Below are positions 1-8,989 of a stretch of 43,763 bases of DNA, piece after piece. Location of the stretch: contig CAYRRR010000005.1 of the NCBI GenBank assembly GCA_964426755.1, positions 1-43,763 of the forward strand, in the 5' to 3' direction. Both the position numbers and the translations under genes were made by a program. How positions within the stretch are numbered: the stretch's first letter is position 1; the number at the start of each line of letters is the position of its first letter. Under the pieces are notes generated by a model. The model searched no databases and had not been told where the DNA came from. It saw nothing but the letters and a program-made list of their open reading frames with translations. The stretch comes from an uncultured Candidatus Saccharibacteria bacterium. GTDB taxonomy: Bacteria; Patescibacteriota; Saccharimonadia; Saccharimonadales; JAGQNJ01.

Positions 1-2
1 TG

Positions 3-1283
3 GGTCGAAACACTTATAATAAACCAGGAGAATATGGTGTAGATATTCCGGGAGCCGGTCATTTCTACCTCCGCCCGTTATCAAGCTGGGGCAGAAGCAA
101 TAACTACAAAATGCTCGTTACCCAAACTTCAGACAGTCAACCCTTCATGATAATGTACGATTGTGCAAATATTGTCATCAAGCGAGGCTATACTCCACCC
201 AAGAAAGCCGAACCACCATCGAAGCTATCGATTGCAAAATCAAATAAACCAACCGGCTCTGTTAAGCCGGGGGATATCATTGAATATACGCTAGCATTCA
301 GTAATAAAGGTGGTACTGCTGCCCTCTTTTCAGTTAACGATGAATTGCCGAACCAGGTAGAGTTTGTAAGCTCTAGTCATGGCAATTGGATATTCGAGCG
401 TAACGGCAGCAACCTTAGGTGGTCTAATAACACTCCCCCGCTCTACACGTTTGGCAACACCGATGCATTTGGTGCGCCAGGCTTCATCAAAATACGCGTA
501 CGCGTTAAGCAGGGTGTCACCACGGGAACCACGATTTGTAACAAGGCATGGCTAGTTGATTACAGCCCCAAAACTAAGCAGTTTAAGACATGGAACAAAG
601 TAACCGTATGCAATAAAGTCAAGGTTGAGTGCCCGCCTAATACCGTTCCGAATGAAAAAGGTGACTGCGTCAAACCGCCAAAACCGGCAGACACTACACC
701 TATCCTCACTATAGAAAAGAAAGCATCTAATCTAACTCAGGATATCGACGATGCTCATGGCACCGTAGCACAGCCAGGTGACGTAATTGAATATCAACTT
801 ACTACCACTAATTTTGGCGATGGCGTATCGAAAGATACAGTTTTAACCCCCGAGAATGTGGCTGATATTCTTGAATACGCTACACTCGACCTTAATTCAC
901 TTGATGGAGGCATTTATGATGAAGAAACCCAAACCATTGCCTGGAACAAGCCCGTCACTATTAGGCCAAAAGAAAAAGTCGTCAAAACTTTTAAAGTTAC
1001 TATTAAAAATCCCTTGCCGCAGACTCCCACCCCTACAGGCAATCCGGGGTCATTTGACCTAACCCTTACCAATGTCTATGGTAATACCATTGAAATCAAA
1101 CTACCGCCGAGCGTTACTAAAACCACAGAACAAGTCACCCAAACTCTGCCTAATACCGGTCCAGGAGAGGCGTTATTAATCGGTACGACGCTCACGGTAT
1201 TGATCGGCTACTTTTTTGCGAGAAGTCGCATAATGGCAAAAGAAATGGAGCTTATAAAACATGAGTACGCAACAGGAAGTTAA
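3..1283 (+). CDS. 5'-truncated cell-surface protein with DUF11/Ig-like repeat domains and C-terminal LPxTG sortase signal
   Basis: Frame is open from base 3, so the true start is upstream of the window. Two 'IEYTL/IEYQL...N.G' DUF11-like repeats; C-terminal LPNTG followed by a hydrophobic helix and basic residues (RSR). Confidence 0.75.
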   Translation, partial: GRNTYNKPGEYGVDIPGAGHFYLRPLSSWGRSNNYKMLVTQTSDSQPFMIMYDCANIVIKRGYTPPKKAEPPSKLSIAKSNKPTGSVKPGDIIEYTLAFSNKGGTAALFSVNDELPNQVEFVSSSHGNWIFERNGSNLRWSNNTPPLYTFGNTDAFGAPGFIKIRVRVKQGVTTGTTICNKAWLVDYSPKTKQFKTWNKVTVCNKVKVECPPNTVPNEKGDCVKPPKPADTTPILTIEKKASNLTQDIDDAHGTVAQPGDVIEYQLTTTNFGDGVSKDTVLTPENVADILEYATLDLNSLDGGIYDEETQTIAWNKPVTIRPKEKVVKTFKVTIKNPLPQTPTPTGNPGSFDLTLTNVYGNTIEIKLPPSVTKTTEQVTQTLPNTGPGEALLIGTTLTVLIGYFFARSRIMAKEMELIKHEYATGS

Positions 1284-1285
1284 CT

Positions 1286-1849
1286 ATGAGTGAAAAAATA
1301 CGTACACCCTCACCAGAACGTCGCCAAACCTCCCCTGAGCATAACCATGGTAAAGAGCAGCAAAAGCTGAAAGAACTTAAAGAACGGGCTGAAAATGCTT
1401 CAGAAATAAGCCAAGATCAACTGAGCTCAATTAAGCAGAGCATTGAAAAAACCGCCTTAAGTGGCAAAGAGTATACGGTAGGCGAAAAAGAACACCGCCC
1501 TGCGCAAACTTCAGCATATCCCAATACTAAGGAGCTAAAACAGCAAGCTTACCGGCGAACAATTAAAAAGGCACAATCCCACCTTAGAGGGCCAGAAAAA
1601 AGTTTTAGCAAGGCGATACATAACCCTACCGTTGAAAGAGTTAGTGATGTCGCGGCCAAGACCATCGCACGACCCAGCGGCTTTCTACTGGGTAGCATAT
1701 GTGCATTTATAGCTAGCAGTATCATACTGTACATCAGTAAACGCAGTGGTTTTACCTATAACTATCTTTTGTTTGTGATTGTATTTGCCGGAGGATATGT
1801 AGTGGGTGTAATTATTGAATTGGCTCTTCGACCGTTTCGCAAGTCTTAG
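1286..1849 (+). CDS. hypothetical membrane protein (charged N-terminus, two C-terminal TM helices)
   Basis: 187-aa ORF starting 2 nt after the upstream stop; hydrophobic pair at the C-terminus. Confidence 0.75.
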   Translation: MSEKIRTPSPERRQTSPEHNHGKEQQKLKELKERAENASEISQDQLSSIKQSIEKTALSGKEYTVGEKEHRPAQTSAYPNTKELKQQAYRRTIKKAQSHLRGPEKSFSKAIHNPTVERVSDVAAKTIARPSGFLLGSICAFIASSIILYISKRSGFTYNYLLFVIVFAGGYVVGVIIELALRPFRKS

Positions 1850-4698
1850 TTTGCCTCTTGTTTTGTGGAGAAGTTTCCCTCTTCATCAATATAAATTGAA
1901 TCGCCATCGTGGGGTTGCTTAAGATCAATCTCGCCTGCCTGCTTGTGTGGTGAGGCAGAGTTATTATTCGGCGCAGCCACAACATTAGCTGGAGTCCCCG
2001 GCTTCTGCGATGGTTGTTGGTTCTGGCTCGGCTGCTTTACTGGCGCAGTGCCCGACGGCGGCACCGGTGGACTGTACGGCTGTCGAGCCGCTGCAGGGTT
2101 AGCAGGCATCATTTGTTGAACTCGTTTTTTTGCCAACCATTCATCTAAGAACGAAGCACCACCGGGCTTAGGCGCCGAAGCAGCACCCATAGCTGGACGC
2201 GTACCGTCCGTTGGCGGTCCAGCGCCGTAGGCTGGACGTGGCGCCTCCTTGGTTGCCAACCGAGCAAAGATCTCAGCCTCAACTTTAGCCTTAGGACGGC
2301 CATACTTAGCCGCTGAGAGCTGCTTAAGGGCATCTGCAAGCTTTTCATTAGGTGTGCCCAGCGGCGGCAAGGTAGTCATGCTAAAGGGCTGTGTAGGCAC
2401 ACCGCCAATGAGCGTCCTCACAATTGTGTTAAAGTTTGGCACGCGCAAGAGATCATCACCATCAAATAATGGCTGGAAGTAACGAGACAGCGACTCTACA
2501 TCATTTTGACCAATACGAAACGCTACAATCGTACCCATATTACCAAATACTGCATCTCGTATTTCTTCTGTCAGCTGGGTTGTAAACTGGTTAGCCACAA
2601 TTAAATTAAGTCGATATTTTCGTGCTTCGGACATGATAGTGGCAAACGAATCGGTCGAAAAATTCTGAAACTCATCAACATATAAACAAAAATCTTTACG
2701 CTGATCTTCCGGAATGCTAGCCCGACTCATTGCTGCAACCTGAAACTGCATCACAAAGATCATTCCCAGCAGTTTCGAGTTTAGGTCGCCTGTCCTACCC
2801 TTACTTAAGTTAACGATCAAAATCTTCTTGTTATCCATTATATCGCGCAAATTAAAAGAGCTCTTAGTTTGGCCAATGATATTTCGCATCATTTCATTTG
2901 CCATAAATGCCCCGAACTTACTAACGAACCACCCTAGTACTTCTGATTTATGATAGTCGCTCGTTTGAGCCATTTCTTTATTCCAGAAGTCTAAAACTAT
3001 CTGATCTTTTACGTGCTGTTTAAGCTCGCGCTCATACTGTTTATCAGTAAAAACTTTTGGAATATCGATAAACGTACCCCCAGCAGGGTTAGCCATGACC
3101 GTTCTGGCAGCCATTCTAAACCAATGTTCATAACGCGGCCCAATGATGCCTTGTCGTTGGGGGTCATACAGTTTATAAAGCATATTGATAGCTTCTTGAA
3201 TTAAAAAGTCCTGCTGCTCTTCGCTTTGATACTCAAACATATTAAGCCCCATAGGATAATCCATGTCTGCCGGACAAAAATAAATCACGTCTTCGGTACG
3301 CTCTTTTGGCACCATGGCCAGCAAACGTTCGGCTACGTCACCATGCGGATCAATAAAGGCAAAACCTTCGCCGTTCAGCATATCCTGGAGCGCAAGATTT
3401 TCAATATAGGTAGACTTACCTGTACCCGTTTGACCGACAACATACATGTGCCGTTGTCGATCACCCATCGCCAACCGGATTGGCTTTTTGGCTCCTCGAA
3501 AAACGTTATAACCGAGCAGCAAGCCGTCATTAGGAATATTGCGCGGAGCATCAACCTGCTTTGATGCTTGCCGCTCCAGTTGCGACGTTGGGATGCTACG
3601 CTGATCAGGAAAGTGGAAAATACCGGCTAACTCGACTGAGTTTAAAATATTTTGATTGTTTTCGGGCGGAAAGAAACGCAATATATACGACGTTACAAAA
3701 CTATCTACATCTTTAGCCGGCGTGTATTTAAAACCGTTGCGGCCAGGCGCATCAAACAACGAAAAAGAAGCCACTACATGATTCAGAATATTTTGGGCTC
3801 GCGACGAAACGTTTGAGGAGGCAACGATTCTAATAAGCGTTTCATAACCGGGATGCCTGGTCTTATCGTCAATAGCGTCAATAATTGCTTGTTCCATATT
3901 CGATAAGTCCGGCTTATCGGAACCTCCGTCTTTACCGTCCTTGGAGTCTGGCGGCTTCCACAACGAAACAAATAATTGCTTTACCCACCAGAAAGCTTCT
4001 TCCCTTGGTTTTTTTGAATCGCTACCCTTTCGTTTTTTACTGGCTTTTTCAGATGCGCGCTTACGCCAACTAGGATCAGCTGGGCGCAAAAGTATCTGAA
4101 TACCAATACCATCATCATTATCAAGCTCTGAAAGTGCATTAAGCAACGATTGAATCGGATCACGTTTTATATCTTGATAAGAAGCAATTGGATAGGCGAA
4201 TGACTCCTTGAGCGTTAACTCGCCACCGATAGTACCTGATAACTTTCCGACTTCACTAAAAATATTATGCTCCGCCACCTCTTCAAGTCGCGCCGAAGGA
4301 TAAGCACTAATCACTGCCTGTTTAACGACATCCACCAACACCACAGGTACTGCTGCATAAAACTTAACAAATCCTTGATGACCGATTATCTCAAAGGCGA
4401 AGTGTCGCTGACCATAAAACTTTGTTTTAAAGCCTTTTTGTAATGTGCTTGCAATAATGCCATACATTATTTGAGCTTTTGAGATATTTTCATCAATTAA
4501 TTCACGCTCATCGCGAGCACCCACCTCTTTATCGTCACTAGGTGGCGGTAAGTGAATAAGTAGCGGCACCATCTTAAGGCCACGTTCGTAATTTTTTTGT
4601 TCACGTAGCAGGTTTCGTGAATGAAGATATATAAGCGGCCCCGCTATCAAGCCGGCACATACAACCAAAAAAATGACAAACAAAAAGGCTGGCATCAC
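1846..4698 (-). CDS. VirD4/TraG/HerA-like (DUF87) membrane-anchored ATPase
   Basis: N-terminal TM helix; Walker A GQTGTGKS; 'FIDPHGD'; Walker B LYVDEFQNF; 'SEARKYRL' and 'AVFGNMGT' coupling-protein motifs; Pro/Gln-rich tail. Confidence 0.85.
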   Translation of the reverse strand: MMPAFLFVIFLVVCAGLIAGPLIYLHSRNLLREQKNYERGLKMVPLLIHLPPPSDDKEVGARDERELIDENISKAQIMYGIIASTLQKGFKTKFYGQRHFAFEIIGHQGFVKFYAAVPVVLVDVVKQAVISAYPSARLEEVAEHNIFSEVGKLSGTIGGELTLKESFAYPIASYQDIKRDPIQSLLNALSELDNDDGIGIQILLRPADPSWRKRASEKASKKRKGSDSKKPREEAFWWVKQLFVSLWKPPDSKDGKDGGSDKPDLSNMEQAIIDAIDDKTRHPGYETLIRIVASSNVSSRAQNILNHVVASFSLFDAPGRNGFKYTPAKDVDSFVTSYILRFFPPENNQNILNSVELAGIFHFPDQRSIPTSQLERQASKQVDAPRNIPNDGLLLGYNVFRGAKKPIRLAMGDRQRHMYVVGQTGTGKSTYIENLALQDMLNGEGFAFIDPHGDVAERLLAMVPKERTEDVIYFCPADMDYPMGLNMFEYQSEEQQDFLIQEAINMLYKLYDPQRQGIIGPRYEHWFRMAARTVMANPAGGTFIDIPKVFTDKQYERELKQHVKDQIVLDFWNKEMAQTSDYHKSEVLGWFVSKFGAFMANEMMRNIIGQTKSSFNLRDIMDNKKILIVNLSKGRTGDLNSKLLGMIFVMQFQVAAMSRASIPEDQRKDFCLYVDEFQNFSTDSFATIMSEARKYRLNLIVANQFTTQLTEEIRDAVFGNMGTIVAFRIGQNDVESLSRYFQPLFDGDDLLRVPNFNTIVRTLIGGVPTQPFSMTTLPPLGTPNEKLADALKQLSAAKYGRPKAKVEAEIFARLATKEAPRPAYGAGPPTDGTRPAMGAASAPKPGGASFLDEWLAKKRVQQMMPANPAAARQPYSPPVPPSGTAPVKQPSQNQQPSQKPGTPANVVAAPNNNSASPHKQAGEIDLKQPHDGDSIYIDEEGNFSTKQEAN

Positions 4699-5120
4699 TC
4701 TTTACTCTTAGCTATATCCTTGTTATAGCGCTTCTTAATATAATCTGCTTTTATCTCGCTTATTGCTTTATTTTGAAGATAAGGATTTTCCTTCGTTTTT
4801 TCTACGATTTCTTTAGCTTTTTCTACCCATTCTTTTTCAATAAGGTCGGCATCATCGGCAATCTGTGGCGTTTGCAACGCCATTTGGGAGCTATTAGACA
4901 CTGGAGGCGTCGAAGTGGCCAAGGGCAAGCTTGGAGCTACCTGATTAGCCACACCCGTGGCAGGCATCTGCCCCTGGGGTTGAGCCGCACCTGTTGTCTG
5001 GGGAGGTAAAAATTCAGGATTACGCTCACTGCCCTGTTGCTTACTGGTATCGGGTGTCTCTGTGTGCTCTACTGACGGCAGCTCCATAGGCGCTAAAGTT
5101 TCTTTTTCGCTCGGATGCAT
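4695..5120 (-). CDS. hypothetical protein (low-complexity N-terminus, helical C-terminal 'ADDADLIEKEWV' domain)
   Basis: 141-aa ORF overlapping the ATPase start by 4 nt; TGT-TATAAT upstream. Confidence 0.75.
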   Translation of the reverse strand: MHPSEKETLAPMELPSVEHTETPDTSKQQGSERNPEFLPPQTTGAAQPQGQMPATGVANQVAPSLPLATSTPPVSNSSQMALQTPQIADDADLIEKEWVEKAKEIVEKTKENPYLQNKAISEIKADYIKKRYNKDIAKSKE

Positions 5121-5165
5121 ATCAGAGATAATTATAACAACAACCCCTAGCTTTTACTATTACAA

Positions 5166-5525
5166 TTATGCTGCAGATCCGGACTTGGAAACGTACCATA
5201 CTAAAATAAGAATAATAGCTAATGTTAGCAGCACATCCCGCAGAGTTAGTTGAGTAATTGATTGAATAATTAGAAGTAGTACGGGCAAAACGCTTAACAC
5301 CAACGCCAGCCATCGACGCACACCCGTCTTAAGGCTCAAAAAACGCCGAAGCGCTATATTTATGCCTGTATAAAGAACAAAAAATATTAAGATAAACGGC
5401 ACAAGCATAAAAATAACCGGAAGGTTATCAGGATGCACTGCTACAAAAAAACTCACGGTTAAAAAAAGTAGAAACAAGTAACCTATAAGACTTTTTCTGG
5501 AAGATTCCATATATACATTATCCAT
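5166..5525 (-). CDS. hypothetical 4-TM membrane protein
   Basis: 119-aa ORF with four hydrophobic segments, same strand as the ATPase. Confidence 0.7.
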   Translation of the reverse strand: MDNVYMESSRKSLIGYLFLLFLTVSFFVAVHPDNLPVIFMLVPFILIFFVLYTGINIALRRFLSLKTGVRRWLALVLSVLPVLLLIIQSITQLTLRDVLLTLAIILILVWYVSKSGSAA

Positions 5526-5542
5526 TAAATGTCTGAAAAATT

Positions 5543-5677
5543 AAAAAGCCGGACGGCAAATCCGCTCTGTATTATTTATTACTTATGTAGCGCTTACCGT
5601 CCTGACTATGACTGACCGCTCAAATTTGCTATTCGCAAATAATGAGCGCCGACACACATTTTTGTTTTAACTCCACT
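5543..5677 (-). ncRNA. structured leader or small RNA of unknown class
   Basis: Follows the promoter. Nested hairpin CGCTCA/TTTGC-GAATA-GCAAA/TGAGCG, then GGACGGTAA..TTGCCGTCC followed by a U-tract. Confidence 0.45.
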
Positions 5678-5683
5678 GCTTAC

Positions 5684-5712
5684 AGACTACTACAAATACA
5701 CATATAAGTCAA
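5684..5712 (-). promoter_or_regulatory. sigma70-type promoter TTGACT-N17-TAGTCT
   Basis: Minus strand: -35 at 5712-5707, 17-nt spacer, -10 at 5689-5684. Confidence 0.6.
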
Positions 5713-6431
5713 CTGTATTTGTTGTACTTATTATATTTATATCTGTTATCTTTGCCAGGTAATTTCACTTTGTTGTATTTTTTTTGTTGTTATTTTAATT
5801 ACAGATACTGAAACACAAAGACCGTTTATAACAATTATGTCTTTAAATAAATCTCTTTTTAACATTAACTATTTTTATTTGCCACTTTATTATATTAATA
5901 ATTTAGTGCTTTCGTGTTAATTTTAGGACGTATTTTTTGTTAACTAGATTTTTTAAATATCAATTGTTACATAGTTCGTCATAAGAATTTGCGTAATACC
6001 CATGAGCCAGCTTGCATATAATATTTTTATTGTTTGTAAACATGAAATTTTGAACAAGTTTTTCTTTATATTAATAGAATTATTTTCCTCCGCATTTTAA
6101 ATCAATTTACAATATCTAGACCATAAAACTCAGCCTAACGCTTTGGTGGTATTATACGGCTGGTTTTAATTTTGTAATCTTGACCAGATTTTCTAGGCTA
6201 TCCTAAGCCGCAAAAAGCTAGACTCTTTCTGCATAAAATTAAGGTGCCATTTTAACATTACGATCACGCAAATTTGAGGCTCGTTTAAATAAGACAAATT
6301 GGGTGAATTCGTAGACAACTTGGTTCCATTGCGCAGTTTTATGCTCAGCACTTTTTCTAACTATAGGTACTTTGCGGCAGAATAAAAAAGAAAGTTATAC
6401 ACAGGTTTATGAAAAAACAACCATAAACTAG

Positions 6432-6460
6432 TTGACAGTCTTTTTTGTAATTTATAAGAT
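6432..6460 (+). promoter_or_regulatory. sigma70-type promoter TTGACA-N17-TAAGAT
   Basis: Consensus -35 at 6432-6437, 17-nt spacer, -10 at 6455-6460. Confidence 0.7.
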
Positions 6461-6466
6461 GTTAAC

Positions 6467-6646
6467 AGCACTTGAATAAAAAAAGTGCTCAAAAACAAAA
6501 ACGACCACAAAAACAACGGCTTCTCGCAAGCCGTTGTTCCATCAAAAGACAAAATTAAAAAATCAAAGCCTTAACAAACAACTTTCAAAACCAAACAACT
6601 ATACTCGCAAAAACTCATCGCCCTACCGCGATGAGTTTTGCTTTTG
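6467..6646 (+). ncRNA. putative A/C-rich small RNA with three hairpins
   Basis: Promoter upstream. Hairpins at 6467-6489, 6512-6538 (11 bp) and 6610-6639 (12 bp, then GCTTTTG). No ORF in the transcript. Confidence 0.55.
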
Positions 6647-6685
6647 CTTAACATTTATTGACTTGATACAATCTGCAATATCGTT

Positions 6686-8212
6686 ATGGGAGCTGGCATA
6701 AAAAGCGTACTCGAAACTGGCCTAAGCGGGCTTGTTGTTGATGTAGAGTGCCAGCTGTCGAACGGGTTGCCAAATATCATCATTGTAGGATATGCAAATA
6801 AAGCCGTTGATGAGGCAAAGGAGCGTGTCAGGAATGCCTTTGCCTCCACCTCCATTGCCTTGCCCAAAAAGCGAATTACAATTAATCTTGCACCGGCAGA
6901 CCTACCAAAAGATAGCACCAGTCTCGACCTGGCAATTGCCCTGTCAATCTTAAATTGCATGGCAGCTGTACCCTCTTTATCAAAAACCCCGATAGTCATT
7001 GGCGAACTTGGTCTTGATGGTTCCGTTCGGCCGGTGCGCGGCATCATTGGCAAAATTCTTACCGCAAAACAAAAAGGCTACACAGACTTTTTGATACCTT
7101 CTGGAAATGTACGCCAAGCACAGCTAATACCAAACATAGCCATAACCCCTATTCCATCACTGTCTGTTCTTTATCAACACTTGACCGGAAATGCTTCGTT
7201 GAAGCCAATACATATTGCCGAAAGTAGCCTTTCGTTACCCCTAGAGGCTTCTGCCGCTCTGACAACGGACTATAACGAAGTAATTGGCCAGGCAAGAGCT
7301 AAGCGAGCCCTAGAAATTGCTGCGGCTGGTGGGCACAATATCCTCCTCAATGGCCCTCCAGGGACTGGTAAAAGCATGCTCGCAAAGGCTACCGTAAGTA
7401 TCTTGCCCCCATTGGACTCAACAGAAGCTCTTGAAGTAACCCATATGCATAGCCTCGCTAGTCCAGAGTTCGATAAAATTGTTGCTTCAAGGCCGTTTCG
7501 AGCACCTCATCACAGCGCTAGCGACATTGCAATCATTGGCGGCGGCAAAAACCCTCGTCCCGGCGAGATAAGTCTTAGTCACCGTGGTATTCTCTTTTTT
7601 GACGAGTTTCCCGAATTTAGTCGACCAGCCCTTGAAGCATTAAGGCAGCCCCTGGAAGATAGGGTTATAACTGTAGCTCGTGCTAAAGATACGGTTACTT
7701 TTCCTGCTAATTTTATGCTGATTGCTACCGCTAATCCGTGTCCCTGTGGTTATTTTGGTACACACAAAGAGTGTACCTGCCAACCCCAGCAAATAGTCCG
7801 CTACCAACGCAAAATGTCCGGCCCTATTCTCGACAGGATCGATATCTTTACCGATGTTGAAAATGTTGAACATAATAAGCTTCTTGGCGACAACCGGGCG
7901 ACTGAATCAAGTAACTTGGTCGCAAAGCGCGTTCGTGAAGCCCGTAAACGTCAACAAGAGCGCTTTGGCACTACGTCAAAAACTAACAGTGACATGACAA
8001 GCACAGAACTAAGGAAACTCGCCTATTTAACTCCTGATGGTCAGAATATTTTAAACGCAGCCGCAGAAAAACTAGAGCTTTCTCCAAGAAGCTACATGCG
8101 AACCCTTAAAGTCGCGAGAACCATTGCTGATTTAGATAATAGTCACGCCATAACTATCAAGCATGTTACTGAAGCAGTGCAGTATCGCCCCAAAAAAGTG
8201 GTAATGTTATAA
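6686..8212 (+). CDS. comM: YifB/ComM family Mg-chelatase-like AAA+ ATPase
   Basis: N-terminal 'INLAPADLPKD' Lon-like domain; Walker A GPPGTGKS; 'RPFRAPHHSAS'; 'NPCPCG' Zn motif. Confidence 0.92.
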   Translation: MGAGIKSVLETGLSGLVVDVECQLSNGLPNIIIVGYANKAVDEAKERVRNAFASTSIALPKKRITINLAPADLPKDSTSLDLAIALSILNCMAAVPSLSKTPIVIGELGLDGSVRPVRGIIGKILTAKQKGYTDFLIPSGNVRQAQLIPNIAITPIPSLSVLYQHLTGNASLKPIHIAESSLSLPLEASAALTTDYNEVIGQARAKRALEIAAAGGHNILLNGPPGTGKSMLAKATVSILPPLDSTEALEVTHMHSLASPEFDKIVASRPFRAPHHSASDIAIIGGGKNPRPGEISLSHRGILFFDEFPEFSRPALEALRQPLEDRVITVARAKDTVTFPANFMLIATANPCPCGYFGTHKECTCQPQQIVRYQRKMSGPILDRIDIFTDVENVEHNKLLGDNRATESSNLVAKRVREARKRQQERFGTTSKTNSDMTSTELRKLAYLTPDGQNILNAAAEKLELSPRSYMRTLKVARTIADLDNSHAITIKHVTEAVQYRPKKVVML

Positions 8213-8221
8213 ATGATTTTC

Positions 8222-8250
8222 TTGACCCCTGTTGTAGTATCTGTTAAACT
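8222..8250 (+). promoter_or_regulatory. promoter of infC-rpmI-rplT (TTGACC-N17-TAAACT)
   Basis: Near-consensus hexamers with 17-nt spacing upstream of the infC SD. Confidence 0.7.
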
Positions 8251-8285
8251 TTACGGAAGTCACTAATTATTAAAAGGAGACGAGT

Positions 8286-8816
8286 ATTAGCAAAGAGGCA
8301 CGCCTGAATACAGCCATTCGGGCACCGCAGCTTCGGGTGATTACCGATGACGGGAAGCAACTTGGAATTCTAAGCCGCACAGATGCATTGCGGGCGGCTC
8401 AAGAACATGGACTTGACCTTGTAGAGGTTTCCCCAAACGCCAACCCTCCGGTTGCAAAAATAATTGACTGGGGTAAATATAACTACCAGAGAACAAAGCA
8501 GCTGCAAAAGAGTAAACGGAGTGCAAAGGCGACTGACGTTAAACAAATACGTCTCGGTTTGAAAATTGGTGAACACGATCTTGAGGTAAAGCTGCGCAAA
8601 GTAGCCGGCTTTTTAGAGGACGGGCACAAAGTAAAGTTTGCAATTTTTTATCGAGGACGTGAACTTGCGCATAAAGATATCGGATTTGCCCTTGCCAACA
8701 AGATCATAGAGCGCCTCGGTGAAACAATCATTGTTGAACAATCACCTCAGTTCAGCGGCAAACAATTAATATTCGTAGTAAGGAGTAATACTCATGCCAA
8801 AACTAAAAACTCATAG
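8286..8816 (+). CDS. infC: translation initiation factor IF-3 (ATT start)
   Basis: In-frame ATT at 8286, 6 nt after AGGAG; 'RLNTAIR', 'GLDLVEV', 'AKIIDWGKY' and 'KIGEHDLEVK' motifs; operon position. Confidence 0.95.
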   Translation: MSKEARLNTAIRAPQLRVITDDGKQLGILSRTDALRAAQEHGLDLVEVSPNANPPVAKIIDWGKYNYQRTKQLQKSKRSAKATDVKQIRLGLKIGEHDLEVKLRKVAGFLEDGHKVKFAIFYRGRELAHKDIGFALANKIIERLGETIIVEQSPQFSGKQLIFVVRSNTHAKTKNS

Positions 8817-8988
8817 CGGAACTAAAGACCGGATAAAAGTAACTAAAACTGGTAAGGTGCAACATGGCCACGCCTTTAAAAGCCACAATCTTTCAAAAAA
8901 GAGCGCCTCACGAAAGCGCACCTTTAGTATCCGAACAACCGTTACCGGTAAGGCTGCTAAATCAATAAAACGAAAGCTAGGAGTCTAA
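8794..8988 (+). CDS. rpmI: 50S ribosomal protein L35
   Basis: MPKLKTHSGTKDRIKVTKTGKV; lies between infC and rplT. Confidence 0.95.
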   Translation: MPKLKTHSGTKDRIKVTKTGKVQHGHAFKSHNLSKKSASRKRTFSIRTTVTGKAAKSIKRKLGV

Positions 8989-8989
8989 C

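Noticed and set aside
5549-5620. c-di-GMP-I riboswitch (GGACGGCAAA...CTATGAC on the + strand)
   Set aside because: It faces away from the adjacent gene and lacks the GAAA tetraloop/receptor arrangement. The promoter evidence favours the minus strand.
5713-6431. oriC
   Set aside because: Only one DnaA-box-like 9-mer, no dnaA/dnaN nearby, and no clear switch in gene orientation. Kept only as a low-interest note.
6361-6552. Track ORF 6361..6552 (-)
   Set aside because: Antisense to the promoter and A/C-rich RNA; its Phe/Leu richness comes from the T-rich strand.
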